Shown one piece after another: positions 8,964 through 17,831 of a stretch of 64,000 bases of DNA; the stretch's first letter is position 1, and every line of letters begins with the position of its first letter. The stretch is from a virus (taxonomy: Duplodnaviria; Caudoviricetes). Below the pieces are notes generated by a model. That model worked only from the letters and a program-made list of their open reading frames with translations. It was not told the origin of the DNA and ran no database searches. The stretch lies in IMG/VR virus record IMGVR_UViG_3300005670_000019, one strand, 5' to 3'. Both the position numbers and the translations under genes were made by a program.

Positions 8964-9370
8964 GTTTTCAGAATGGGGACAAAAAACATTTTTCTATCAA
9001 ATACCCGACTAGCTATGTTGAAATTTATGTAAGAGGTCCACTCTGTAGAGCCAGGTTTTTCAACACCATTTAGAGTGTGTCTAGAATCTAAGAACGAATC
9101 ATACTTCGGATTTTCAAGGTTGGTTATCAATCCCCACACCCAAAAACGATCAGAATGCTGCTTCAATAAATTGATTTGAGCGATCGCTAACCCTCCAGAA
9201 AATTCTATGGATGGGTTATGTAATTTTGAAACACTGTAAACAATTCCATATGGATATAATCCACCCCATCTTTCATGGGGGCGTGATGCCAATAATACAT
9301 CACCAGTTTCAAGCATTTGAATTGGTTTCAAATGGATGTAGGAGTTATCGTTCATACTCAATCCTAACAA
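8960..9370 (-). CDS. paralogue family B member
   Basis: IQMLETGDVLL near the N-terminus. Confidence 0.65.
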   Translation of the reverse strand: MLGLSMNDNSYIHLKPIQMLETGDVLLASRPHERWGGLYPYGIVYSVSKLHNPSIEFSGGLAIAQINLLKQHSDRFWVWGLITNLENPKYDSFLDSRHTLNGVEKPGSTEWTSYINFNIASRVFDRKMFFVPILKT

Positions 9371-9385
9371 ATTTCTTGCTAAAAT

Positions 9386-9796
9386 TCAATCACCTTTTGA
9401 AATGATTTCAATGTAATAGAGTTCTGCTTCCTTTTCTGTCAGGAAAAAGGAAATCTCAAAACGATTTGTTCTTTTATATGGAAGATACGTAAGTTGCCGG
9501 AAAGTACGCTGAAAAGTCAGGGCACCCGTTTCTGGATCTCTTCCGCTTATTTTGGATTTTTTCTCGAAGAAAGGCGGCAAGATTTCTTGCGGCGCCTCTA
9601 CTAGCTTTTCTGGCAGAAGAAAGGAAAACTCTTTTGCAAATTGGCGTGGGGAAACTGGGTTCAAATTCTTCACTTCAAGCAAGATCCCATTTGTACTTTC
9701 CTTTGAACGTTCGGAACGAATAGCAATAAGTTGCCCGCGATTGATTACCGAGCAATGAACCATGCTAAAGTTCACATTTTCATTGGTATTAGACAT
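9386..9796 (-). CDS. hypothetical protein (possibly family B)
   Basis: VINRGQLIAI. Confidence 0.65.
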   Translation of the reverse strand: MSNTNENVNFSMVHCSVINRGQLIAIRSERSKESTNGILLEVKNLNPVSPRQFAKEFSFLLPEKLVEAPQEILPPFFEKKSKISGRDPETGALTFQRTFRQLTYLPYKRTNRFEISFFLTEKEAELYYIEIISKGD

Positions 9797-10194
9797 GCTT
9801 CAATTGGAACATAGAAATGTAGGTTTTTGGGGTCGCCTGTCCATTTCAAAACAATCATGCTTCCAGACATGACCTTTCCGAAAGGTGGCGATCCCCATTC
9901 TGTGTCTTTGTAGTATGCCTTCGGAGTTGTCCAATAGCTTTTAGGATATCCCCTGTCGTACTCTACAGTCTTTGAAGCAAAATCTGGAGTCAGGAATGCC
10001 ATTGAAAAGTATCTGCCTTCGGGGCAGTGTACAGCTTTTTCAATAAGCACGCCATAGATTTGATCAACCTCGTGAGAAACAATGACTGGTGTCCCAGGCA
10101 GTATTTTAGAAGCAGGAACAAGAAGCATCGTCATATGAACCTCATTATCCATAAATAGATGCTGATCATCTGCATGAGTTGCTTCAAAAGACAT
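9772..10194 (-). CDS. hypothetical protein (possibly family B)
   Basis: SKILPGTPVIV; ATG 10194. Confidence 0.65.
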   Translation of the reverse strand: MSFEATHADDQHLFMDNEVHMTMLLVPASKILPGTPVIVSHEVDQIYGVLIEKAVHCPEGRYFSMAFLTPDFASKTVEYDRGYPKSYWTTPKAYYKDTEWGSPPFGKVMSGSMIVLKWTGDPKNLHFYVPIEACLIPMKM

Positions 10195-10645
10195 AACACT
10201 GATACTTTGTGAGGTTTCTTTTCCAGTTGTTGTCACGAATGTTGTAACCAGCAAATACTACAATTGTAGCTGGTTCTCCATTGTGTTGAATGAAGCACCA
10301 ATGGGTCAATTGTTTTTCATTCTTTTCATAATGCCAAGTAGTAAAAGAATGACCGCGTTGGCTTGTGGGATCAGCTCCAACAGGAATCCCCAATATTCTT
10401 GGAACAAACTGCATAGCACTACCAGTGTTTTTGTATGTAGGAATTGTCACATCAGGAAGGTCACCGAACATCATTACCTGTTCAAAGGTAGGTCCGTGTT
10501 CTTTCTTCCATTTCTCCACATGTTGTATGTGGGCGACCAAATTCAGTTCAAACCCTGTAACAAGAAAATAAGGTTCACCTCGAATAGTGAGAAGTGTGTC
10601 ACCAACACACACACCAAGAAGATTCTTTGTTTGAACAAAGCTCAT
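10184..10645 (-). CDS. paralogue family B member
   Basis: GVCVGDTLLTIRGEPYFLV. Confidence 0.7.
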   Translation of the reverse strand: MSFVQTKNLLGVCVGDTLLTIRGEPYFLVTGFELNLVAHIQHVEKWKKEHGPTFEQVMMFGDLPDVTIPTYKNTGSAMQFVPRILGIPVGADPTSQRGHSFTTWHYEKNEKQLTHWCFIQHNGEPATIVVFAGYNIRDNNWKRNLTKYQCYVF

Positions 10646-11103
10646 AAAACCCAAATCCTTTGTCTATTCCAATCTAGTTTAGGAACTTCAATCCACAATG
10701 AAAGTAACTTACCATGAAGTCTTGTTTCAAAGTCCCAATCGTCAGGCAATCCTTGGTTCCTCAAACGTCTCCAATATTTAGAACTGTTTTCAGAACAATC
10801 AACATCGAGAAATGACCAATGAACAAATTCATATCGACCATTTTTCGTTCCGTGAAATGAAACATTTTTTTCTATCTCTTTGCAATGAGATTCATCAAAG
10901 ACCCAAAAATTCACAGAATACCATCGTGGAATTCCAGTGGGAGCATGGCTCATCCACCACACAACACTATCTCCATCCTTTTGTAAAAGGATTCCATTAT
11001 AGTGAGGAGGATCCTCGCAAGGAATGCAAACTCCAATTGGTTCTCCCGTCGGATAAACCAACGAATCGCCAAGCTTGATTTCTTCTGGATGAATTTTTCT
11101 CAA
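10642..11103 (-). CDS. paralogue family B member
   Basis: EEIKLGDSLVYPTGEPIGV. Confidence 0.7.
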   Translation of the reverse strand: MRKIHPEEIKLGDSLVYPTGEPIGVCIPCEDPPHYNGILLQKDGDSVVWWMSHAPTGIPRWYSVNFWVFDESHCKEIEKNVSFHGTKNGRYEFVHWSFLDVDCSENSSKYWRRLRNQGLPDDWDFETRLHGKLLSLWIEVPKLDWNRQRIWVL

Positions 11104-11615
11104 GGTGCCTCAATCTCAATTTGGAGGTCTTCGGGAAGATAGTGTGTAATGAAAGTGTTGGTTCGAACTGACATACCAACATCTACATTCTTGCTTGTCT
11201 CCGCGAAGGAGAAAGTTTTTGATTTGAGTGTTTGCCCTTCGGCAATCAGGTCAATATTCCAATCTCTGTACATTGGATTAGAGATCAAAATTTCAATATC
11301 ATAGATATGATACCCATCAGCAGTGTCATATCTACGCTGCCCGTCAGTATCATTCATCCACTCGCACTCCCAACTATTACCTTCAAATTTTCCATATGCA
11401 GGAATCCATCCTGCATTGATAAACTCTAAAATATTTGGGACTCTCCAGTTCCTCCTTCTAAAGGAGTTTTTATTGAACTTTAGATTCAACTTAGAAACAA
11501 TGAAACAAGGAAATCGTTCCATGGACGGAAGTGGATACCACAACATTTTGCGTCCAATAACAATGTCTCCAACGCAAAGGTCAGAAAGAAAGATTTTTTT
11601 GGTCGGCATCATCAA
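11100..11615 (-). CDS. paralogue family B member
   Basis: SDLCVGDIVI...PCFIV. Confidence 0.7.
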   Translation of the reverse strand: MMMPTKKIFLSDLCVGDIVIGRKMLWYPLPSMERFPCFIVSKLNLKFNKNSFRRRNWRVPNILEFINAGWIPAYGKFEGNSWECEWMNDTDGQRRYDTADGYHIYDIEILISNPMYRDWNIDLIAEGQTLKSKTFSFAETSKNVDVGMSVRTNTFITHYLPEDLQIEIEAP

Positions 11616-12039
11616 TGTTCCGAGGAATGATTAGAAGAGTTTCGTTTTCCACCTTTTTCTTGTTTAGAGAACCGTAAAAATCTCCGGTCTGAGAAACTCG
11701 TCCTTCAAAGGTTTCAAATTTTTGAAGCTTATAACCAATTCCCATAATATGATTTTTTGTGATTTTTGGTAATCTGTTACATTCTGAGTTTCCCCAAACT
11801 CCGGAAATAAAAATTCCAGACCAGATAACGTGTTTTTCTCTACCTCCAAGCATATTCATCGTCATATTTTCATATGGTGTATGATGGTCATCTTTGAGGA
11901 TTTTGATATCTGTCACGATAAAGTAAGGACGGTAAACCCTCCTTTGATACTTCGCAACGATAATGTCGCCAACTTGCAGTTCAACAAACTTGATAGTTTG
12001 AAACTGGTCTTGAGTATGTTTTCCCATGATTAGATCCAA
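11581..12039 (-). CDS. paralogue family B member
   Basis: VELQVGDIIV...PYFIV. Confidence 0.7.
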   Translation of the reverse strand: MDLIMGKHTQDQFQTIKFVELQVGDIIVAKYQRRVYRPYFIVTDIKILKDDHHTPYENMTMNMLGGREKHVIWSGIFISGVWGNSECNRLPKITKNHIMGIGYKLQKFETFEGRVSQTGDFYGSLNKKKVENETLLIIPRNIDDADQKNLSF

Positions 12040-12395
12040 AAATGAAAGTTATCTATATAACTCTGAGTCAGAAAGGCAAACCAAATTCTCATTCTGGCAT
12101 ATTTCGTGCCATTGATCTCAACAATAGTACATTCACAAACTGGAATGTGCGTAGTGTGATGACCTTTACAAAAGGTTTTTAGAAACCTTGTGGCAGTGTC
12201 ATCCGGATGTTCATTCTCAAAAGGTTGAATGAAACTCAGCCCTGTCAGTTTGTCCAGCCTGGCTATTCCGCCATTGGTCGAGTCTCGTCGAAATCTTCCA
12301 TTTTCAATACCTTCAATAACGAAAAAAGGAATTTCATCCTCATCTACAAGGACATGCCCGATTTGAAGGTCGTTGTATGAAATTTTTGTTCTCAT
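12030..12395 (-). CDS. paralogue family B member
   Basis: NDLQIGHVLV...PFFVI. Confidence 0.7.
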   Translation of the reverse strand: MRTKISYNDLQIGHVLVDEDEIPFFVIEGIENGRFRRDSTNGGIARLDKLTGLSFIQPFENEHPDDTATRFLKTFCKGHHTTHIPVCECTIVEINGTKYARMRIWFAFLTQSYIDNFHFWI

Positions 12396-12410
12396 ATCCC
12401 AACTCGAAGT

Positions 12411-12779
12411 TCAACGACTAAAGCGTCGTTGTGCAATACGCTTGATATTGGAACTTACAGGAACAGGGACGAGGTATTCAAAGAACCCAGCAGGAATGAA
12501 AAACTGTGTGTTTGGGGCGTTGACCATAGAAAAGCAATAAACTTCATTATCCCAGTTTTCTCTAGCCGTCCCATGAAACATCACCATCGAACCTTGACTA
12601 AGTTCAGTAATGACCTCAAGATTAGGATTTTCCTTTACTTCCGGGGGATGATACATCGAAAAGGTCCATCCGTAGTTAGGGACTACGGGAACCTCAGAAA
12701 TTCCAGGCGGCAAGACCACACGGAAAGTCATGTGTCGCGTCCAATTACGAGCAAGTGCAATGTTCTGTTCGGTATCCAT
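12411..12779 (-). CDS. hypothetical protein, first gene of early operon
   Basis: ORF directly under promoter 12785-12813. Confidence 0.7.
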   Translation of the reverse strand: MDTEQNIALARNWTRHMTFRVVLPPGISEVPVVPNYGWTFSMYHPPEVKENPNLEVITELSQGSMVMFHGTARENWDNEVYCFSMVNAPNTQFFIPAGFFEYLVPVPVSSNIKRIAQRRFSR

Positions 12780-12784
12780 ACTTT

Positions 12785-12813
12785 ATCATAGCACGTGTTG
12801 TGCGGATTTTCAA
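12785..12813 (-). promoter_or_regulatory. early promoter, predicted leaderless
   Basis: TTGAAA-17bp(TGC)-TATGAT, 5 nt before ATG 12779. Confidence 0.85.
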
Positions 12814-12823
12814 GAAATAATTC

Positions 12824-12850
12824 AAAAAGCCCGAACAAGTCGGGCTTTTC
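12824..12850 (-). terminator. intrinsic terminator
   Basis: AAAAGCCCGA-loop-TCGGGCTTTT. Confidence 0.8.
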
Positions 12851-12869
12851 TTTGGAAAGAATGAAGAAT

Positions 12870-13373
12870 TCAAATAATTGGTGTCTGTTGTGTTGGAGCA
12901 GGTTGTGGCGCTGGTGCAGAGGTTGGTGTTTGTGGAGTTTGAGAAGTTGGAGTTTGTGGAGCATTTCCAGGCTGTGCAAGCTGTCCCTCGTCAGGGTTCA
13001 CAATAACATCGATAACTTTTGTAAGACTTGCATCAAGTTCGGATTTTTGTTGGTCTGTAAACGTCTTGAATACTTCGCCCATCTTTGTATACACCTCGGG
13101 ATCGGTGAATGACCTTCCTCCACGAATGAGGTTGAGTTTCTCAATCAGATCATCGAGGCTCATCGATGATTGAGGTGTTTGTTGAGTTGGGTCTGCCGGA
13201 GGCTGTTCTGCTCCTGGCATTGGAGGTTGAGCTGTTTGTGCAGGAGGTTGAGCAGGAGCAACAGGCGGAACTTGTTGTTCAGCTTGTTCCAACAATACAC
13301 TTGAAACGGCACTTTCCAATAACCATCCAAGATACTTGAGATTTACTTCTTTGTTCTTATTCTTCATGTTCAT
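12870..13373 (-). CDS. Q/P-rich putative virion (head-internal) protein
   Basis: leader ending VLLEQ; CTAATTA motif upstream. Confidence 0.55.
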   Translation of the reverse strand: MNMKNKNKEVNLKYLGWLLESAVSSVLLEQAEQQVPPVAPAQPPAQTAQPPMPGAEQPPADPTQQTPQSSMSLDDLIEKLNLIRGGRSFTDPEVYTKMGEVFKTFTDQQKSELDASLTKVIDVIVNPDEGQLAQPGNAPQTPTSQTPQTPTSAPAPQPAPTQQTPII

Positions 13374-13385
13374 TTCCCTTTGTAA

Positions 13386-13916
13386 TTAGGCTTTGAAACG
13401 AAAATAAGCCACAACATAATTCTCTCGAAACTCCACCTTCAAATAATCAACAACTTGTTCCTTCACCAGCGTCGCTTGATTGCCCATAGGATCCACCAGT
13501 TTGACCTCTAACGCTACCAAATCTTTTAGAGGACGTCTCACCAGGGAGAAATAGTCTTCATTCCCTAAAAGGATTTGGAGTATTGTTGAGCCATCTGCAA
13601 GGTGTTCAACAGACATAACCGAACCTGAAAAGCTCTGAATTGGTGGTAATGCTTCGTCGGCATTATCGTTTATATGCCGGAGGTCAACTATCCCAACAAA
13701 ATAGCCCGAAGGATCAGGTAGTGGAACATAACCAATTAGAGGACCAGACCCGTGTCCAAAGGTTGTGGGTGCGCCCTTTAGGCTGGAGCTGTTTACGTTG
13801 ACTTGCCCAAAAGAAACCGCAGGAACCGTCCCAGCTAAGATGCTCTCTGTTTCTGCAACGTCCAATAGGTCATCGGACATGAAAACCTTTTCTTCTTCTT
13901 GTTCTTGAAACTTCAT
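13386..13916 (-). CDS. hypothetical protein
   Basis: 176 aa ORF; contains a copy of the 22-bp dispersed repeat. Confidence 0.65.
   Translation of the reverse strand: MKFQEQEEEKVFMSDDLLDVAETESILAGTVPAVSFGQVNVNSSSLKGAPTTFGHGSGPLIGYVPLPDPSGYFVGIVDLRHINDNADEALPPIQSFSGSVMSVEHLADGSTILQILLGNEDYFSLVRRPLKDLVALEVKLVDPMGNQATLVKEQVVDYLKVEFRENYVVAYFRFKA
13720..13741 (+). repeat. dispersed repeat copy 1
   Basis: AGTGGAACATAACCAATTAGAG, identical to 42127-42148. Confidence 0.9.
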
Positions 13917-13933
13917 ATCTCAAGTATAGATAG

Positions 13934-13971
13934 AAAAAAGAAAAAAGAAAAGGCACCCGAAGGTGCCTTTC
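13934..13971 (-). terminator. intrinsic terminator with cUUCGg loop
   Basis: GGCACC-TTCG-GGTGCC followed by a T-run on the minus strand. Confidence 0.9.
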
Positions 13972-13994
13972 TACATTCTAGATAGGTTTGGTTT

Positions 13995-14759
13995 TCAACC
14001 AACCGACTTGCGACGCTTGTCCGGGAAGACCGTTCGAGCCACAGCCATCTGATAACTCTTGAAGAGATTGTCATCCTCTTCAATGTCAGCTTGAAGCAAC
14101 TCCTCGATCTGCTCGGGCTTGTATTGCTTTGCAATGTACTGCAAAGCTTCTCGCTCCTCGCGAGAGAAAGCGTGTCCCTTCGGGAAGAAGCCGAGAGCAT
14201 TCATTTCTGCTCCAAACTTTGCCATGTCTCCCTTCGTCGAAGCAAGCTTCGCAGCAAAGGCTTTAGCTGCCTTCGACCGCGCCTCCTCGATTTTGGCGTT
14301 CAGGGCATCGAGCTTCTCTGGATCCATGTCGTTCGGATTGCCGCCGAAAAGCTGACGAAACTTGTTGAAGCCATCCTGCTCAATGTAAGCAGTCGCCTGG
14401 TGCGTGATTCCGAGGTCCTTCGAAATGTTGTGGAAGGTTTCCTCACCATCCTTGTTGTACTCGCGACGCTGCTCCTCGTCTTCTGCCTGTGCCTGCTCGA
14501 TTTCCTTCGTCGCAGCCGGAAGCAAAGACTTCAAAGACTTCTTATCCTTCCACATCGTCACGATCTGGACGGGCGTCACAGGGAAAGCCTTGTTGGTCGA
14601 AACGTATTCGAGAACGTTCGACTCGTCGACCTTCGGACTGTACCAACGCTGACCCTTCTTGGCGTCAGAAAACCACTGACGCAAGATCCACTTCTTGAAT
14701 TCCGGAAGCTCGTTCTTGCTGAGCTTGTTGAAGACCACGTTCTCTTGCTCGCTGAGCAT
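13995..14759 (-). CDS. early protein with sigma70 region-4-like HTH
   Basis: TFHNISKDLGITHQATAYIEQDGFNKFR resembles TLEEIG..LGI(S/T)RERVRQIE..AL.KLR; GAGGAG 9 nt before ATG 14759; GC-rich codons. Confidence 0.6.
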   Translation of the reverse strand: MLSEQENVVFNKLSKNELPEFKKWILRQWFSDAKKGQRWYSPKVDESNVLEYVSTNKAFPVTPVQIVTMWKDKKSLKSLLPAATKEIEQAQAEDEEQRREYNKDGEETFHNISKDLGITHQATAYIEQDGFNKFRQLFGGNPNDMDPEKLDALNAKIEEARSKAAKAFAAKLASTKGDMAKFGAEMNALGFFPKGHAFSREEREALQYIAKQYKPEQIEELLQADIEEDDNLFKSYQMAVARTVFPDKRRKSVG

Positions 14760-14838
14760 TGCTTTTAGCTCCTCTTGCACGATGCGTTTCACTCGCTCTT
14801 GGAGTGTTTCGTGCGGTCGCTTCGTCTTAGTATTCTTT

Positions 14839-14867
14839 ACCATACCACGTCCTGTTCTGTTTTTCAA
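14839..14867 (-). promoter_or_regulatory. early promoter
   Basis: TTGAAA-17bp(TGG)-TATGGT; the ORF-track TTG start is this -35 box. Confidence 0.75.
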
Positions 14868-14899
14868 GTTATATCAATTTCCCGTAAATTCGAGGGTTT

Positions 14900-15319
14900 T
14901 CAAGGTTCTTCACCGTCACCATTTTGGGACGGAACATCTGTTCCTGCCGCTGGAGGTGTCACGGATGATACACCAACAGGAGGCTGATAGACTGCAATTA
15001 TGCGTTGGAAAGTCTTTACGATCGTATCATAAGCGATGATGGAAATGCCGCCTGAAAGCGTTCCTGCAAGCATACTTCCACCGACAGCCGTTCCAAAAAT
15101 GTCCGGAACAGGAATTCCGAGGTAGAATGCAGCAATTCCAAAAAGAAATCCAACCAAAAGTGCGTGCCAAGTAAAGGTTAGATAGTACCACTTTCTCCAA
15201 CCTACAAGGGCAGCAACCTCAGCTTTAGTTGGTTTATCCTTACCAAGGGCAATTCTACGAGCTGTTTGTCCAGACAAACCTATGATGAAAGGAACGACGC
15301 CTAAAACTAAAATCCACAT
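14900..15319 (-). CDS. holin-like membrane protein
   Basis: three hydrophobic segments, 139 aa, late motif upstream. Confidence 0.45.
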   Translation of the reverse strand: MWILVLGVVPFIIGLSGQTARRIALGKDKPTKAEVAALVGWRKWYYLTFTWHALLVGFLFGIAAFYLGIPVPDIFGTAVGGSMLAGTLSGGISIIAYDTIVKTFQRIIAVYQPPVGVSSVTPPAAGTDVPSQNGDGEEP

Positions 15320-15338
15320 AATCTACCTCTGCTTTGAG

Positions 15339-15345
15339 TAAATAG
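15339..15345 (-). promoter_or_regulatory. putative late promoter motif CTATTTA
   Basis: same heptamer at 19480 and 24673 before late-type genes. Confidence 0.55.
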
Positions 15346-15360
15346 AGAATGTTTTTCAAA

Positions 15361-15735
15361 CTATTCATCTTCAATTGTTTGACAACAAAAGAGAACCTTT
15401 ACAACAAGTCCACTCCACTTACTTAAAGATTTGTCAAGGCTATGGTTATGAAACTTATAGGTGACTTCTTTGAAGTTTTTTAGATGAAAAACTCTTTGAA
15501 CGTTTCCAAAGTAATCCAACAATGTAACTTTTGGATCGTCAAAAGCGCGTGGCGAATGTAAAAATCTCAAATACTCACGCAAATCTTTTGGAATCAAAAC
15601 AAGAACTTCACCAATGTATTCATCCCCATGTTGAAATAACTGAAAGTCATGAAAAGAGTAAGGTCCAAGATTTCCCCAACGGAGAAGCATTGGACAACCT
15701 TTACTAACAATTGTTTCAAACTCAGTATCAGTCAT
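15361..15735 (-). CDS. degenerate tail-tube (gp19)-like protein
   Basis: KVTLLDYFGNVQRVFHLKN resembles the tube motif I.LLD..G..V..W.L.N. Confidence 0.4.
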   Translation of the reverse strand: MTDTEFETIVSKGCPMLLRWGNLGPYSFHDFQLFQHGDEYIGEVLVLIPKDLREYLRFLHSPRAFDDPKVTLLDYFGNVQRVFHLKNFKEVTYKFHNHSLDKSLSKWSGLVVKVLFCCQTIEDE

Positions 15736-15740
15736 TTTGT

Positions 15741-16277
15741 TCAGGGAAGTTTTGACAAACCCCATCCAATCAAAGATCCAATAACAAGTGTTCCAATCAA
15801 GGACAACACAAGAGTAAACTTTTCTCTTCTGCTCCACCCAACATCACGAGAAACTCTTTCAAGTTCTTCAAGAGCTCGATCTCTTCCAGAGTTTGCCATG
15901 TTTAGTTGAACTTGAAAGGCTTGTTGGTCTGCTTCCCTTGAAACATTGATTGTCTCAATGTTGGTTCTTGCCCAAAGTCTTGTTATTCCAACACGCCTGT
16001 TCATTTCCTCAATCAAGTTTCTTTGAACGAAAACAAAGTTTGTCATAATCCATGACAAAGCTTCATTGTTCAAAAGAATGCCAGCAAAAGGAGCACGTTG
16101 TCCTTCAGACAACAACGTTTGAAGTGCTCCAATGTTTGATGGAGGAGCACCAACTGACATTGTTGGTTCTACAAGTTCAAATCTTGGTGGCTCTGGTATT
16201 TCTTGAGCACTGACCTGAAATGTTGTGGATATCATAACCGCAACCAACACAGATGAAACAAATTTATGCATTTTCAA
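15741..16277 (-). CDS. secreted coiled-coil protein with C-terminal TM (spanin-like)
   Basis: signal peptide ending VSA-QE, helical middle, hydrophobic C-terminus. Confidence 0.5.
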   Translation of the reverse strand: MKMHKFVSSVLVAVMISTTFQVSAQEIPEPPRFELVEPTMSVGAPPSNIGALQTLLSEGQRAPFAGILLNNEALSWIMTNFVFVQRNLIEEMNRRVGITRLWARTNIETINVSREADQQAFQVQLNMANSGRDRALEELERVSRDVGWSRREKFTLVLSLIGTLVIGSLIGWGLSKLP

Positions 16278-16809
16278 TTTCTATGCTCCCATTTACTTGG
16301 TTTCCAAATACAGACCATCCAGTTCGTTCTCGCCGAGCGAACATTTCAAGTTTCTTTTGTGTTGGAAACATTTTTTCAATTATGTCTTGCACTTCTTCCG
16401 GCTTAGAAGAATGTGTTGTGAGTTTCTGTGAAAGAAACTGTTTTGCGTTTCTAACTCCTCTTGGTGAAGGTATCTTACCTCGTTTGCCAACAAGAACAAA
16501 CTCACATTGTGTCATTGTGTAATATCCAGGGTTTGTCCTTTGTTTGTCCCAAACAAACGCAACTTGTTTGTATTGAAAACCCCAAGACTTCATAAGTTCA
16601 ATGGCTTCATTCAATAAAGGTCCAGTTGCCCACATAAAAAGGAGACAATCTTTCTCTAAAAGTTTTTTGACATTCATCTTTTTCAAATCACTCAAAGACA
16701 TTGTTGAATAATGATGTTGAGCACTTGAGTTGATTTTGTTTCCCAAAAATACTTTCTCTTTATATTGCCAAGGTGGATCAGCAACAATGATATCAAACTT
16801 TTCACTCAT
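16264..16809 (-). CDS. MT-A70 family N6-adenine methyltransferase
   Basis: IIVADPPW, LFMW, HSSKP, LEMFAR..R.GW..FGNQ. Confidence 0.9.
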   Translation of the reverse strand: MSEKFDIIVADPPWQYKEKVFLGNKINSSAQHHYSTMSLSDLKKMNVKKLLEKDCLLFMWATGPLLNEAIELMKSWGFQYKQVAFVWDKQRTNPGYYTMTQCEFVLVGKRGKIPSPRGVRNAKQFLSQKLTTHSSKPEEVQDIIEKMFPTQKKLEMFARRERTGWSVFGNQVNGSIEIENA

Positions 16810-17239
16810 TGGGGTTTTCTTGTTGATAGACTTCAATGCCAAAGACCTCATTTAGTCTTCTTTGCATCTCTTTTGGATCTTTGCGCGATTCCTCAATGAT
16901 AGTTTTCAATTCGTCTTCTCTTTGACGAACAACTTGTTTCAAACGTTCATCATGAAGTTCTTCAATTGCTAAAAGCATCTCATTATATCGAGCAAGGATT
17001 TCAATTTGTTTTTGCTCTTCACGTGCTCTGATAGTTTCAAGTTCACGAATGCGAAGTTGGTATTCTTCTTCACGTGAACGATATCCTTCTAACAGTCGTC
17101 TATAGTTTTGATTATCAACGCGGTTCTTACCAAGCAAAAGAAAAAGGGCTAAAGCACCAATAGCGAATGCAATAGCCCATCCCCATTTTTTGAACCACGC
17201 CCAAACAATCAAAAGTTTTTGTTTGGTCGTTTCTTTCAT
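16802..17239 (-). CDS. N-terminal TM plus coiled coil (i-spanin-like)
   Basis: TM near N-terminus, then long E/R-rich helix. Confidence 0.5.
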   Translation of the reverse strand: MKETTKQKLLIVWAWFKKWGWAIAFAIGALALFLLLGKNRVDNQNYRRLLEGYRSREEEYQLRIRELETIRAREEQKQIEILARYNEMLLAIEELHDERLKQVVRQREDELKTIIEESRKDPKEMQRRLNEVFGIEVYQQENPNE

Positions 17240-17240
17240 T

Positions 17241-17525
17241 TTAGTTCAAGGCTCCAATCTTGCCAGATTTTGGCAATAAATTAGTTTGCTCTTGCTCCTC
17301 CTGATAGTCTAACTCTTGCTCCATTAGATTGAGGATTTCATCTTGAATGGTTGCAATGTCAACCATAACTTCCTGATTTTCACGAGATATCGAAATGAGT
17401 TGGTTGACATTCGCTGTAAGATTATAAACAACCTTTTCAAGGTCGTCAATCTTTTGTCTTTCTGTGCTGTCATCAATCATTTTCATTCCAGTTTTGAATA
17501 GCTTCACGAGCATCTTTTTTATCAT
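17241..17525 (-). CDS. hypothetical coiled-coil protein
   Basis: ORF with GGAG SD. Confidence 0.7.
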   Translation of the reverse strand: MIKKMLVKLFKTGMKMIDDSTERQKIDDLEKVVYNLTANVNQLISISRENQEVMVDIATIQDEILNLMEQELDYQEEQEQTNLLPKSGKIGALN

Positions 17526-17829
17526 GGTGCTCTCCTTTTTGTATCTCTTTTCGGTGTTCTACGAAGCGTTCTTCAAGGAGAGAATACAAGTGATCATAGT
17601 CATTGATGTCATCAATGGCTTTCTGCTTGTTCTTCCAAGAATGAGCTTCATCAATGAGACTCATTACGCGTTCGTCACGAACAGACATTCTTTCAAGGAC
17701 AAACCCAAGAAACTGCTGAAAGGCAATTCCCTTTTCAAAGAGAACTTTGCGACCTTCTAAAAGCAATAATGGGTCAACCTCGCTGACAATAAGTCGAGGA
17801 CTAAATGACTTCTTCTTTTTCTTCTTCAT
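17473..17829 (-). CDS. hypothetical protein, possibly DNA-binding
   Basis: basic N-terminus; GGAGG upstream of ATG 17829. Confidence 0.6.
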   Translation of the reverse strand: MKKKKKKSFSPRLIVSEVDPLLLLEGRKVLFEKGIAFQQFLGFVLERMSVRDERVMSLIDEAHSWKNKQKAIDDINDYDHLYSLLEERFVEHRKEIQKGEHHDKKDAREAIQNWNEND

Positions 17830-17831
17830 GT

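Noticed and set aside
14091-14768. Long antisense ORFs (also 35990-36751, 59280-60044, 17805-18446, 39968-40627)
   Set aside because: Shadows of codon bias in real genes on the other strand; no motifs or RBS
14760-14867. N-terminal extension of the 13995 ORF (RVKRIVQEELKAMLSEQ), resembling the capsid leader
   Set aside because: The TTG start is the -35 box of a promoter and a strong GAGGAG SD precedes ATG 14759, so the extension is probably untranslated
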